Part shown: positions 12,423 to 26,375 of the stretch, one piece after another
Layout of the letters: the number at the start of each line of letters is the position of its first letter
How positions within the stretch are numbered: the stretch's first letter is position 1
From: Octopus vulgaris
Lineage: Eukaryota
Assembly (NCBI GenBank): GCA_951406725.2
Contig: OX597828.1
Span: 68,510,001 to 68,574,000 of the forward strand
Reading direction: 5' to 3'
Length of the DNA: 64,000 nt
Made by a program: the position numbers and the translations under genes
Notes under the pieces: generated by a model
The model's input: only the letters and a program-made list of their open reading frames with translations
Database searches by the model: none
What the model was told of the DNA's origin: nothing

Positions 12423-12428
<6 letters not shown>
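12250..12428 (+). mobile_element. short HHR-bearing repeat, copy 1 of 3 (PLE pLTR-like)
   Basis: Matches 17510-17703 and 61927-62090; carries TGACGAAGAGC..GCTCGAAACGTTAAAT; ends at (TA)n. Confidence 0.75.
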
Positions 12429-12470
<42 letters not shown>

Positions 12471-12739
12471 CATGCATACATACATGCACACATACAGCTC
12501 ATAGGCTTCCATTAAAAAAACTTTGATCAAGACTGCACCATGTGATTCTCAAATCTGTCATAACCCCTACCCACTATGCTCCATGTATTTTATTCTTTAA
12601 TCTCATGAAATATTAATCCATAATCGACTTAAATGAACAGGAAAATGAAGTAATTTTGTAATTGATGTTTTGCATTTCAGAAATATAGAACAATCTACTT
12701 ATTTCTCTACATGTATATGTATCTATGTATGTATGCTTG

Positions 12740-12822
<83 letters not shown>

Positions 12823-12823
<1 letters not shown>

Positions 12824-13032
12824 ATTTCTTTATTGCCCACAAGGGGCTAAACATAGAGGGGACAAACAAGGACAGACAAACGGATTAAGTCGATTATATC
12901 GACTCCAGTGCGTAACTGGTACTTATTTAATCGACTCCGAAAGGATGAAAGGCAAAGTCGACCTCGGTGGAATTTGAACTTAGAACGTAACTAAGCATTT
13001 CGCCCGGCGTGCTATCGATTCTGCCAGCTTGC
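12823..13032 (-). mobile_element. SINE family A
   Basis: Reverse complement of consensus, inserted at (TCTA)n. Confidence 0.85.
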
Positions 13033-13182
13033 AAAGTTAAATAAAGCAAAGTTAAGCTGATCAAAATATGACTTGTAGACAGAATATTAAAAAGCCAGAC
13101 TAAATCCACTTCCATTCACTGCTATCTCTGCTAATATACTAAAAGAGCAAATCAAATAATAAATCAACAACTATTTGATTTG

Positions 13183-13236
<54 letters not shown>

Positions 13237-13681
13237 CTCTTTACTTTTCCTCAACTATCTTTACTACTACTGATCACTGACGATCGGAGTCGATTAAATA
13301 AGTACCAGTCATCCTTGGAGAGGGATTATTCCATCGGACTAAATTTTTGAAATGTGAAATTTCATCATATTTTATACAATGATAATCAAATATCTGACTC
13401 CAAATAATTATGTAGTGAAGAATCGACAGCATTAACATCAATTATTAATTTTAGTTTTATCAAGTAGGGGAAAACCATTCGAAACGTGTTTCGCTCTTAT
13501 TAAGTCGTCATCAGTGCTGATAGAACCACGAAGTAAATGTACAATGTTGTACACGAATAAGCGCGATGTTAATTGTTCTGAGACACTACATGAAAAAATA
13601 ATTGTTAGCTTGATGGTATACTCACAATTATGTGGTGAGGAAAAGACAACTCAAGTTCAATGATTAATATATTAAGCTCCT

Positions 13682-13895
13682 AAGGCAGCGATCTGGCAGA
13701 ATTGTTAGCGGGCTAGGCAAAATGCATAGCAGCATTTCATTTGTCATTACGTTCTGAGTTCAAATTCCGCCTAAGTCGACTTCGTTTTTTATACTTTCAA
13801 GGTCGATAAAATAAGTACCAGTCGAACACTGGGGTCGATGTAATCGACTTATCCCTTCCCTAAAATTGCTGGCCTTGTGCCAAAATTTGAAACCG
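13682..13895 (+). mobile_element. SINE family A, tail type 1
   Basis: Head, core and tail 1. Confidence 0.8.
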
Positions 13896-15252
13896 ATATG
13901 AAGTTCCTTATTTCGGAAAGGAAGGGAGACAACTCCACACACTAAGATATAGGACTGGGTCTCCAGTGGTAACCCTACATAACCCCTTAACCCTACATAA
14001 CGAAGGGGGTTCCAATCCTCCTCAAGTTGTAAAACACTGAAGGTATGTTTCAAATTGCTCGCAGAAATATGAGTTTATATTGTTGTTGTTGTTGATGCAG
14101 CTGACCTATGAACAAAGGCGTTGTTCCAGCCATGACCATACCATATTTTTGTGTACCAGTGATTAAAATGGCTTTTATATATATAAACAACAAGATGTAA
14201 TTTGAGAAAGATTTGGTTGCTAATTCTAGTAGAATAGCATTGTCATTGAAGTAGACTGAAGACTGGAGAAGGAAAAGGAAGAAGGAGAAGTGAGAGGAGG
14301 AGGTTGAAGAAGAAGAAGAAGGAGGAGGAGGAGGAGGAGGAGGAGAAGAATGAGAAGAAGAAGAAGAAAAAGAAGAAGAAGTGTAGAGGGTGGAGATGAA
14401 GCCGGCATTTTTGTTTTATATTGGCTAATGGATAATTTCTTAACTTCGGCAACACATAAATGTCACAACTTCTATTTCGATTTTTTTATTTTACGAATCT
14501 CAATGGTAACAATTACAACAACATCAACAACAAAATAAGTAACAATAACATCACCACCACCACTACTACCACTGCCAACACCACTACCGCCACCAATACC
14601 ACCACCGCGGCCAACAACAAAAATAAGAACCACAAAAACTACAAGTATAACAACGACAACGACACCACCAAGAACAATGAGAAGCAATGACATCACAACT
14701 ACCACTACCACCATCCCATTAACAACAACAACAACAACAACAGCAAAGACACCAATGCTACTATCACTAACATGTGACTGAAAGTAAAAAGAATATAAAA
14801 AAAAACGTAAAATACAATACAGTCAAAAGAGAAAAGCAACAGAGTGAAGCATAGCTGGAGACAGAAGACAGGAATAGGTATGAAATTTTAATGAAGGATT
14901 TAAGATGATATTTTAATGAGGAAATAAGAAGATATCTGTGAAGGAATGGATTAGAGAAGAGACGAGAAACTATAAATGAATGGCGGCCGGAGTGGGCGTT
15001 TTATGAGAAGAGAAAGAAGAGAAGAGAGCGACTGAAGAGAAAGAAATAAACGAAAATATAAAGAAAAAAAATTACAAACAAAGCTTAAAACAACCACGAA
15101 GTAAAAAAGAAAAGTAAAAAAAAAATCCTCAAGGAAGCGCCCTCTTCTGGTGAGAAGCAGAAGGGAAAACAAAGGAAGGTTAGAAAGTATTGTGTGTCGT
15201 AGGAGGTTGTTTACCTGAAGAGGAAGAGATGGAACAGCAAGCGGTGTGTAGA

Positions 15253-15848
15253 TGCGCGCGCGCGCGCGCGCGCGTGTGTGTATGCGTATGTGTATGTGTT
15301 TTTCTGTGTGTGTATGTGATTGTGTGTTTGGGTGTGTGTATGTGCGTTTGTGTGTGTGTGTTTGTGTGTATGTGCGTTTGTGTGTGTGTGTGCGTGTGTT
15401 TGTGTGTATTTGTGTGTGTATGTGTGTGTGCGTGTGTGTGTGTGTGCGTGTGCTTGTGTGTATTTGTGTGTGTGTTTGTGTGTGCGTATGTGTGTGCGTA
15501 TAAACACATCTTGATGTAATTAAAATGTAATCTGGCTTCAAAGAAATATAGTAAAATTGAACTGTTATTTAGAATACTTCACCTCTATCTATCTGTTTGC
15601 CTGTCTGTCTTTCTGTTTAAATACCTAGATAAATAAATGAAAAGAAGAATAGATAGATATGTAGATAGATAGATAGATAGATAGACAGACAGACTGAATA
15701 GTTGGCTGGGGGGAAAGATAGACAGCTAGATGAATAGCTGAATAAACAGATGGATAGATAGAACAGTTGGTTAAGCATGGAAAGTGAATAATAGAATACA
15801 TCGACTCATTAGTAAATAACAGGAGAGAGAGAGAGAGAGAGAGAGAGT

Positions 15849-15879
<31 letters not shown>

Positions 15880-16026
15880 GGAGAAAGAGAGAGGGAGAAA
15901 GAGAAAGAAAGAGAGAGAATGAGCCATAGAAGGAGAAAGCGTGAGGACTTGAGAGATTTAATGAGGGTGAGATAGAGAATAAAAGGATACACGCTGAGAC
16001 ATGCAGATATACATTTGCATATACAA

Positions 16027-16120
<94 letters not shown>
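15253..16120. repeat. microsatellite-rich block (CG)(TG)(GATA)(GA)(CA)(TA)
   Basis: Directly visible. Confidence 0.9.
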
Positions 16121-16125
<5 letters not shown>

Positions 16126-16137
16126 AAGGTATGAATA

Positions 16138-16373
16138 AGGCGGCGAGCTGGCAGAAACGTTAGCACGCCGGGCGAAATGCGTAGACGCATTTCGTCTGTC
16201 GTTACATTCTGGGTTCAAATTCCGCCGAGGTCGACTTTGCCTTTCATCCTTTCGGGGTCGATAAAATAAGTACCAGTTACGCACTTGGGTCCATATAATA
16301 GACTTAATCCGTTTGTCTGTCCTTGTTTGTCCTCTCTGTATTTAGCCCCTTGTGGGTAGTAAAGAAATAGGTA
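16138..16373 (+). mobile_element. SINE family A, full length
   Basis: Consensus match. Confidence 0.9.
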
Positions 16374-16380
16374 CTTATTT

Positions 16381-16419
<39 letters not shown>

Positions 16420-16423
<4 letters not shown>

Positions 16424-16597
16424 AAAAAGCAAAAAGCAAGGCCATGTAGGGGGACATGGAGTTATGTACAGGGTGGTGTTCATGTAAAGAGTTCAGGTCA
16501 CTTGTGGTCAAGGGAGACTTTGAACCGAGCGGTCGTCGGCATCTTCACCATCTCGTCCGGCAGCTTATTCCACGGATCCGCAACCCGGACGGAGTTG

Positions 16598-16600
<3 letters not shown>
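16420..16600 (-). mobile_element. CR1-group LINE 3' end fragment
   Basis: Minus strand reads SVRVADPWNKLPDEMVKMPTTARFKVSLDH, typical of a CR1 ORF2 C-terminus; short-repeat tail. Confidence 0.7.
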
Positions 16601-16637
<37 letters not shown>

Positions 16638-16641
<4 letters not shown>

Positions 16642-16995
16642 TAAGATCAACAAAGAAGTACTCCAGCTGGTTAGAGGTAAATATTATTTAATAAAGGCAA
16701 TATATGCATTCCTGTGTTACTATTAGTTTCATTTACTGAGAGCATGCTAAACAGTTTTTTTAAACACGTCTGGTGTCCTAGCACAATCATCAGACTATGT
16801 CCACATGATATTCAGTTTGTTATACAATGTGGGCAGTGTCTGTCAATTTTGCTGGGACACCAGACATGTTAAAAACACTGTTTGGCATGCTCTCAGCACA
16901 AGAAACTAATAGTAGCACATAAATATATATATTGTGTTTATTAAATAATATTTATCTATTACCAGCTGGAGTACTTCTTTTGCTGATCTTACCAT
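16638..16995. mobile_element. fold-back element with about 170-bp arms, each carrying a hammerhead motif
   Basis: Arms 16638-16806 and 16827-16995 are reverse complements; arm consensus gtgt-CTGATGA-ttgtgctggga...tctcagcacaa-GAAAC-taata-GTA-acac. Confidence 0.85.
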
Positions 16996-17378
16996 GGAAG
17001 CACTCCGTCGGTTACGACGACGGGGGTTCCTGTTGATCCGAATCAACGGAACAGCCTGCTCGTGAAATTAACGTGTAAGTGGCTGAGCACTCCACAGACA
17101 CGTGTACCCTTAACGTAGTTCTCGGGGATATTCAGCGTGACACAGAGAGTGACAAGGCCGGCCCTTTGAAATACAGGTACAACAGAAACAGGAAGTAAGA
17201 GTGAGAGAAAGTTGTGGTGAAAGAGTACAGCAGGGATCACCACCATCCCTGCCGGAGCCTCGTGGAGCTTTAGGTGTTTTCGCTCAATAAACACTCACAA
17301 CGCCCGGTCTGGGATCGAAACCGCGATCCTATGACCGCGAGTCCGCTGCCCTAACCACTGGGCCATTGCGCCTCCCAT
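16996..17378 (-). mobile_element. SINE family C, full length, tail variant 3
   Basis: tRNA-like head at 17300-17375; ccatggaa flanks both ends. Confidence 0.9.
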
Positions 17379-17387
17379 GGAACAGTA

Positions 17388-17509
<122 letters not shown>

Positions 17510-17700
17510 GTGACCCTGTGTGTACCATTGGCTATTTTATTTCCTCCGTCTTCCCTTCCTTGGATCTTTCCTTTTCCTATGTTTCTAACGAAGAGCTCTG
17601 CTCGAAACGTTAAATCCTCCTTCTTTCTTTCCTTTCCTGAGTGTCCAATAACACTATACTTGTTCCACGTCCTCGCGTTGTTGTGTTTCCACGTTTGGAT

Positions 17701-17703
<3 letters not shown>
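17510..17703 (+). mobile_element. short HHR-bearing repeat, copy 2 of 3
   Basis: Lies between (TA)n and (CA)n; motif at 17581-17616. Confidence 0.75.
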
Positions 17704-17743
<40 letters not shown>

Positions 17744-17825
17744 TATATGTGTGTATATATGTATGCATGTATGCATGTATGCATGTATGTATGTATGTAT
17801 GTATTTATGTATGTATGTATGCATG

Positions 17826-17875
<50 letters not shown>

Positions 17876-19016
17876 ACAATCGAATGTAAGCTATCTTTTG
17901 TTTGATGTATGCAATTCTGTCAGCTGGACCTCCAACGCCTGCTCATCACAAATAATCCAGGAAATAAAATTGACATACATGAGTGTTGGCTTTAATTATA
18001 CCACCTACGTATGTGTATTTGCTTGTAAAAAAAAAATAAAGGAAAATTACTTTGTTTAAAAAAAAAAGGAAAAAAGAAAGGGAAAAGTTTTTGAAAAGAA
18101 AGAACGATAAGTAAGGAAAGAAAAAGCAACAACAGATAGTGACAAGACTGTACAAACGTTCAAATGGTACTGCGTGAGGAATGGGGCCCATGCAGCCATT
18201 TCATCTTTCATTGATATATAATATTCATGCTCATTCGTTCTATGTTTATTGTCCCCACTGTGGTGCTGTGTCTGTCCTTGTAGTGTCCCCCTCTGTGTTA
18301 GTGGCCCGAGTGCCAAAATAAAGAAAGAATGCGTGTGTGTGTCTGTGTGTGCGTGTGTATGCGTGCACGTGTATAAGAGAAGGTGTTGAGTGTGTGAGCG
18401 TGTATTTGTGTGTATATATGTATGCACATCTGCGTGTGACTCTGTGTGACAGTGTATGTGCTTGTGTGACTGTGCGTATGTGTGTGAGTGCATGTGTGTG
18501 TGTGTGTGTGTGTGTGGATGTGTGTGTGCGCGCGCGTGTTTGTGTGCGTGTGTATGTGTAAAATATCGGAACTTCTCGGATTAATTTCTTCTACGAGTAG
18601 ATTCTCTGCAATAAAACTTTGTCCAAAATGGTGGACATTATTTGTTTATATTTTCTTTTATTTTTCATTTTCTATTTTCCCTCCATCGAGCATTTTCTAT
18701 TTTACTTGATAGGACAAAACTTTATTGACAAACCAAAACGAAATTGTTGAGATCTGACCATTGTGGTGTTGGTGTTTATTGGAATTTAATAGACTCCTCC
18801 ATATTATTCCGATGTTGTCAGTAAAAGAGAAACCAGCTGGTTCCTTCATTTTGGTTCCATATTAACCAAGTTTATAGTGAAATGCTACGGTATTTTGGCA
18901 AAGAAATAACAGCTCCAGACTTCATTCCGTCCTCAAAAATATATCCAGTCTTTGGCATTTTCTCATTAAGAATTTCCTTCGGTTTTCATTGAGTTGTTTT
19001 TTAGCTATTATTTCCC

Positions 19017-19600
<584 letters not shown>

Positions 19601-19916
19601 TCAATCGCCTGGCCGATATATCTGTTCTGTTAATTTGTTTGTTGAGTTGCTTGTTTGTTTGTTTGTGTGTGCGTATGTGCGTGTGTGTGTTCTCTCTCAC
19701 TTTCGCCATCCCCCTCTCTCTTCTGCCTGTCCCCGTCTCTGTCTGTCAATCTGTTTCCCTCTCTCTCACTCTGTTTCTGTCTATCCATGTGATTCTCATT
19801 TTTACTGTCACTGCTTTCAAAACAAACATTCTGGTTTCAAATAAAAAGAAAAAGTTACAATACCGAAGTCAAAACCCCAGAAGCAGGTTTGATCTGAATT
19901 GAACACACATATGTGC

Positions 19917-19973
<57 letters not shown>

Positions 19974-20344
19974 GTGAGGCCCTGATAAAATGGCTGATCT
20001 AATCAACTGAAGTATCAATAAATATTCAAGATGACAGTTATCCAAAGTTCGTTCAAATTATTCAAATTATTGTTCAATTTTTTACTTGCTTCGAGGCATC
20101 ACCTCGAAGGGCTTAGCATAGCAAATCGTCTCCAGTACTTATTATAAAGACTGGTACTTATTCAATTGGTCTCTTTTTCGAACCGCTAAGATACGTAGAC
20201 GTAAACAAATCAACAGCAGTTGTCAAGGAGTGGTGGTGAACAAACACAGACGCAAAGGCGCACGTGTTCACACACACATCATTTAATGTACACAGCATAA
20301 ACACACGAGCTACAAATAATGAATTGCTTTCGAGACTCGGGTCT

Positions 20345-21430
20345 ATGCAGGTTTATATTTTCTTCTTATATATTTCCAATGTTCTATTCGTGCAATTTTT
20401 CGTTATTAGCAGGAAGTCATCTCTATATAATCCACCCTCCAATTGAAGATTTTCCAATTGGAGTTCTGCTTATAAGTAAATCCCTACTAGGTCTGTAACC
20501 TGAGCGGAATCCGATGCTCCCATAGGGATATCAAAAATCCCTGGTGTCTTTTCTAGCCAACAATTTATTATTATACCTGATGAACGATTTTCTGGCCGTT
20601 TTTACTACATTAACTTCATCCTTGGTCATTCCCACCTTATTCATTGCATTTATTAGGGCCTTATTAAGTACAATTTCATTAATAGATGAATAATAATCAT
20701 CTATGTCTATTTGAATGAATTTGTGACTATTACTGTCTTTAACATTTTAAAACCATTTTAAAGTATTATTAGTGCTAGTCTAGAGTTTTAGGCAATTTAG
20801 ATTATTTAGTTTATTAATATATTTATCTAAGATTTATTTACTTAATTTCCTTAAATCTGATTTACTGGAGCATATGAGTCTAACTAGGGACCGAGTAAAA
20901 ATTGTCTTTATGGTCCTTCAAAGTAATTCTAGGGTGCTTTGGAACATAAGGTTCTGTTTTATTGTCTATCTCGTATTTTTCCATGATTAACCTAGAGGCT
21001 TTATTAATATTATAAATATTATTTTCCGGGACAATTTTATATTTTTTATTTATTTCCTTTTCCAAAAGGTTATCATATAATTTCGTATCTAACTCATACA
21101 TGTTGCCAGTTTTATCTGATTGTACTACGATTCCTTCAATATTCCTCATTTCTTTTATTTTGGTTGCTAAATATCTTAAATATTCATTGTTTCTGTTTGG
21201 ATATTTTAAAAATTTAATTTTTTTCAACCACATTCCAAATTTTGCCTTCTAGAGTCTGAATTTCCCTATTATATTGTAGATTTAAAAGTTTTAAGTATTT
21301 TAAGTCTTCAACAAATAATATACTTTAGGTATACCTTCTCCTTCGATAACTTCGTTATTATTACAGTAAATATAATACATATTTATCTCTGGGTAATGGA
21401 CGCCATATTTATCAGGTGACTTTTCAGTAT
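20345..21430 (-). mobile_element. Penelope-like element reverse transcriptase remnant (Naiad-type)
   Basis: Reads SDKTGNMY, ITLKDHKDNF, RLICSSKSDLRKLS, FIQIDIDDYYSSI, DIPMGASDSAQVTDLVGIYL and GLYRDD; frameshifts and stops. Confidence 0.85.
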
Positions 21431-21677
21431 AAATGCTAAAGTAAGCTTATTTCGGTTTAATCTTTAGTAATTCGCCGGCAGATAAGTCAAGTTTTAAAAT
21501 TTTATTCTAAACAATATCGACATACGTCTTTTATTAACTTTATACACTAACACGTAATTACATTTATTTACATTCTCCATAATGAATTAATCATGTTCAC
21601 AATAATACTCTATTTGAATTTTTTAATTCGTAACTTTTATTGTCTTTAACTTAGGGATTACATTACAGGTTTTGTTT

Positions 21678-21753
<76 letters not shown>

Positions 21754-22198
21754 TCCTTATAATTTTATTATCTTATTATTTTTTTATTCCTTATCATATT
21801 ATGAGGTAAGTTAAACGTTTAGTTTTTAGGTTTTTTTTTAGGAATTTGACCTGAGGAGTAAAATCATTTTCCCGTTCTAATGAACTTGGATATGGTTTCT
21901 TATAGTTAGAAGACGCTTTCCTGACGAGATCCTACAATGCTGAAATGTGCAGAGCTATCATCAGTACGGAAGATTAAATATCTCTCTTCTGCATGATATA
22001 CTGAATTAATTTAGATTAATTATAATGGCTGGGTTGTTTCCCTTGTATTTTTGGTCAGAATTAGTAGATAGGGACGGCGAATTGTTGAATTGTTTTCCTT
22101 CATAGGTCTGCTTGATGAGAGACGACGTGGACATAACAAGAAGAAGATGAAGAAGAAGAAGAACAACAACAACAGTAAGGACAATAGCATCAACAACA

Positions 22199-22550
22199 GT
22201 GGAGGCGCAATGGCCCAATGGTTAGGGCAGCGGACTCGCGATCGGAGGATCGCGGTTTCGATTCGCACACCGGGCGTTGTGTGTGTTTATTGAGCGAAAA
22301 CACCTAAAAGCTCCACGAGGCTTCCTTCTTCTTGTACTCGACTTCCTATGCAACTACTGAGCCTGGATGCGCATCCATCCATCCGTCGATGCTCTCGGTG
22401 CCGGGGGTTGACCTGCTTTCTCTCTTCTGCGGGTCTTACGAATAGCAAAGGACCACGTTTCGGACTTCTCCCATCTTGCGAGCTCTGGGACGAAGACCGT
22501 TCGCTCAACAGCAACAGCAACAGCAGCAACAACAGCAACAGCAACAACAC
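22199..22550 (+). mobile_element. SINE family C head with tail variant 4 and (CAG/CAA)n end
   Basis: The same tail occurs alone at 24399-24590. Confidence 0.85.
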
Positions 22551-23024
22551 GCATCAGTCTAGTTAATGCAATAAAGTAAAGTGTTAATAGATACATATTT
22601 CTAGTTGGAAGATAACTCATTTAAGAAGAAGCCTTGCAAGAGTATAACATGTACTTTTGCGTCAACACAGCAATGACCAATGAAAATACAGGACGATAAA
22701 CAATTCTGACTGACTGATGTGAAATAAATACGATGCGAAACAATTGACACAGATTGCTTCGAGGGATAAAACGAATGAAAAATATTCCTTTAGAAAAAAT
22801 ATCAGATTAAGATAATTCCCTTCATAAAACTTTATTATATTAACTTAGACATAGAAGCTCACATACGCACGTAAACATATACACTTACCTACCTACCTAC
22901 CTACCTACATATGATATATATATGTATGTAAATATGCACGTTTATTTGCATATATACACTCATAATACATTCATAAATATTTACATACATACACACATAT
23001 ACATATGAACATATGTATACTCAT

Positions 23025-23210
23025 ACATACATACATACATACATACACGCATACATACATACACGCATACATACATACATACATACATACATACATACAT
23101 ACACACATACACGCATACATACATACATACATACATACATACATACATACATACATACATACATACATGCATACATGCATGCATACATACATACATATAC
23201 ATATACACAC
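23025..23210. repeat. (CATA)n microsatellite
   Basis: Directly visible. Confidence 0.95.
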
Positions 23211-24398
23211 GTACGTCACGGCGTCGAAAAGTTCGTAGCAATAATCAAACAGTGAAATACATATTACTTGGAAAATTAATTTACATACATCATGGCGACG
23301 AAAGTACCCGGAGTCAGCTGTGGCAGATTGCGGAATTATCGAGAAAAATTCCTGTGGACTTTCAAACTGAACTAAGACCTATGCCAGTTCTACAGAAAAG
23401 CTAGGGAAGATCCCTCGATGGGCTACATGAAGCGACCTAAAGAATATTGTGGTAAGAAATACCTAAATTTCTTAAATTTTTCAGAGTAACAATTATGCCA
23501 GCATGCTACATTTGTTGAAAAGAAATATGCCACCCTACCACGCGAAACCCCTAATCCGGAATGCACAAAAGATAACACTGGGGAACAAATTTCAATTTTT
23601 GTCAAATTAGATTTGACAGTGATTTGTGTAATTTAGAAATTTGGGTTCGCGGAGCACGAATTTTTAGTCGGTTTTGCTCTATCAGGTCCTAATTTTGTTA
23701 TATATGTAGACATTTCACATTTCCACATAACTGATTTCTTAAAAAGAGCTTACTTAGGTTATTTTGGGCATAAGAACATTATTTCAAATAAATCTGGCCA
23801 GCATGAACATCACTTACTGTCGGAGAAAAAAAAGAAAACGTAATTAATCCACCTTTAGTGACGAGAGAGAAAATCTTATCTCCTTCTCTGAATTAAGAAA
23901 CTAGGCCTCATTATACGATATGTAAAAGATTCAGATACGAACGGCGAGTGTCTCAAATACATAACTTCAAAATTTCTAAGTTTCAGTTATGAAAAAATCA
24001 AGGCGGGTACTTTCGGCGGTTCACAAATAAGAACACAAATTAAAGACTGCAATTTTCTTAATGCTATAAATTTCGCGAAAAAATGCCTGGTTCTCATTCG
24101 TGGACTCAATAAGAAAACTTTTTAGGCAATTATAGGGCAGATAACTACGAAGAAATCGTAAAAAAATAAACTTTTAAGGGACTACAAAGTGTTAGGTTGT
24201 AATATGAGCGTTTTTACGCTGATATTACAACCTAACAATGCATCATTGCATCATTTGAATAGCCATCTCAACCAATTTCCAAATAATTTAGGCGCTGTAA
24301 GTGACCAACAAGTTGAAAGATTCTACAAAGGTATGAAAATTATGGAGGAACGGTACCAAGGCTGCAGGGATTCCCACATGATGGCTGATTACTGTTGG

Positions 24399-24590
24399 TG
24401 CTGCTGTTGCTGTTGCTGCTGTTGAGCGAACGGTCTTCGCCCCAGAGCTCGCAAATGGGAGAAGTCCGAAACGTGGTCCTTTGCTATTTGTAAGACCCAC
24501 AGAAGAGAAAGCAGGTCAACCCCCGACACCGAGAGCATCGAAAATGTATGAATGCGCATCCAGGCTCAGCGGTTGCGTAGGAAGTCGGGG
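24399..24590 (-). mobile_element. 5'-truncated retroposon tail (same as SINE C tail variant 4)
   Basis: TSD tactgttgg on both sides; splits the transposase remnant. Confidence 0.85.
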
Positions 24591-24924
24591 TACTGTTGGA
24601 ACCTGAAAAGAGACCTGCTATCAACAAGCAAATACGCTAGAAAGTCTTATAAAAGAACATTTTTGCCAGAGTGAAAGCTTCATATCTCTTATTTTATTTT
24701 AAGCCATTTCTATTGTTATAATGTAATTTTATAGTAGTTTGAACTGCTTGTATTCATGAAACTTGAAAATAAATTTGAACATATGACTTATTTTTAGTCC
24801 TAATTTGAAAAATCTGGAAAATGACGCATAGGCCGTTGACCAGAATCAGAACCTGATAGAGCCGAATCGAGTTGAAATTCGTATTCAACGCATCCAAAAA
24901 TTACTTAGAATCACGTGTCATATA

Positions 24925-25343
24925 TCTATTTCTTTACTACCCACAAGGGGCTAAACACAGAGGGGACAAACAGGGACAGACCAAGGGATCAAGTCGATTA
25001 CATCGATCCCAGTGTGTAACTAGTGCTTAGTTTATTGACCCCGAAAGGATGAAAGGTAAAGTCGACCTCGGCGGAATTTGAACGCAGAACGTAGCGGCAG
25101 ACGAAATAACTATTTCTTTACTACCCACAAGGGGCTAAACACAGAGAAGAAAAACAAGGACAGACAAACGGATCAAGTCGATTATATCGACCCCAGTGCA
25201 TAACTGGTACTTAATTTATCGATCCCGAAAGGATGATAGGCAAAGTCGACCTCGGCGGAATTTGAACTCAGAACGTAACGGCAGACGAAATACGGCTACG
25301 CATTTCGTCCGGCGTGCTAACGTTTCTGTCAGCTCGCCGCCTT
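24925..25343 (-). mobile_element. SINE family A tandem dimer
   Basis: One head and two body-plus-tail units. Confidence 0.88.
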
Positions 25344-25609
25344 CTCAAGTGTTATATATCATTAAATAAAATGTGTGTCGCCAGCGTAATACTTGTATTA
25401 ACAACACAATAAACTTTTTTTCCGTGAAGAGACTGTGAATGACAAGAAACAAAACCAACACGAGCACAAGAATAACAAACCGCCCCGACTACACAGACTT
25501 GTGGCAACCATTTATGATCTGACACAAATAAGTGAGGAATATAAAATACTAAAATCACAGCTTGCATCGAAGTTTGAGCAGTACTTCACAACTTGTATAC
25601 AGAGGCAGA

Positions 25610-25985
25610 CGTGGTTCCGGGATCAGTCCCATTGCTTGGCACTATGGGCAACTACTATAGCCTTGGGCCGACCAAAGCCTTCTGAGTGGATTTGGTAGAC
25701 GGAAACTGAAAGAAGCCCGTCACATATATTTATATGTGCCCGTATAACTATGTGTGTATGTTTTTGTGTTTGTGTTTGTCTCGCCACCACCGCTTGACAA
25801 CCGGTGTTGTTGTGTTTGCGTCCCCGTAACTTAGCGGTTCAGCACAAGAGACCGATAGAATTAGTACCAGGCTTAAAAAAAAAACAAGTCCTGGGGTCCA
25901 TTATTTCGACTAAAAAATTCAAGGTGCTACCCCAGTATGACAGCAGTCTAATGACTGAAACAAATAAAAGAATAAAAGAATATAA
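25610..25985 (+). mobile_element. SINE family B
   Basis: Consensus similarity. Confidence 0.8.
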
Positions 25986-26144
25986 GGATGGACATTCATT
26001 ACCGAATCAGATCTGATGTAGCGTTCGTTAATCATCGCCACGACCATCGCCACTGCAACAAGCGTAAACAAAGGAAAGCAGTTCTGCGTTGCATCACTAT
26101 CACATTCAATATAACAATCACGAATAGTTGCTTTTTTTTACGAT

Positions 26145-26375
26145 GCCACCACCACCATCACCACCACCACTACCACCACCACCACCACCACCACCACCAC
26201 CACCACCACCAATACACCACCACCACCACTACCACCACCACCACTACCACCACCACCACTACCACCACCACCACTACCACCACCTATACCACCACCACCA
26301 CCACCACCACCACCACCACCACCACCGCCGCCACCACCGCCACCACCACAACCGCCGCCGCCGCCGCCGCCGCCG
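26145..26375. repeat. (CAC/TAC)n(CGC)n triplet repeat
   Basis: Directly visible. Confidence 0.95.

Larger units (their letters stand above)
23576..25386 (+). mobile_element. internally deleted DNA transposon, probably Chapaev3 (CMC) type
   Basis: CACTG start with taa on both sides (3-bp TSD); subterminal inverted repeats (gctctatcaggt/acctgatagagc); transposase remnant PLVTREKIL...LGL and NLGAVSDQQVERFYKGMKIMEERYQG...MMADYCW. Confidence 0.7.

Noticed and set aside
13478-13518. Minus-strand CTGATGA...GAAAC-ac-GTT
   Set aside because: Core is present but stems I and II pair poorly; at best a decayed HHR, so not called.
20345-21430. Selenocysteine recoding as reported for some Naiad elements
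   Set aside because: The interruptions I checked are frameshifts or TAG, not TGA at Cys positions.
21905-21968. Minus-strand CTGATGA...GAAAGCGTC upstream of the PLE RT remnant
   Set aside because: Position is suggestive, but stems I and III are defective.
22199-22275. tRNA-like sequences at SINE heads
   Set aside because: They run directly into SINE bodies and lack a proper acceptor stem and terminator; not called tRNA genes.
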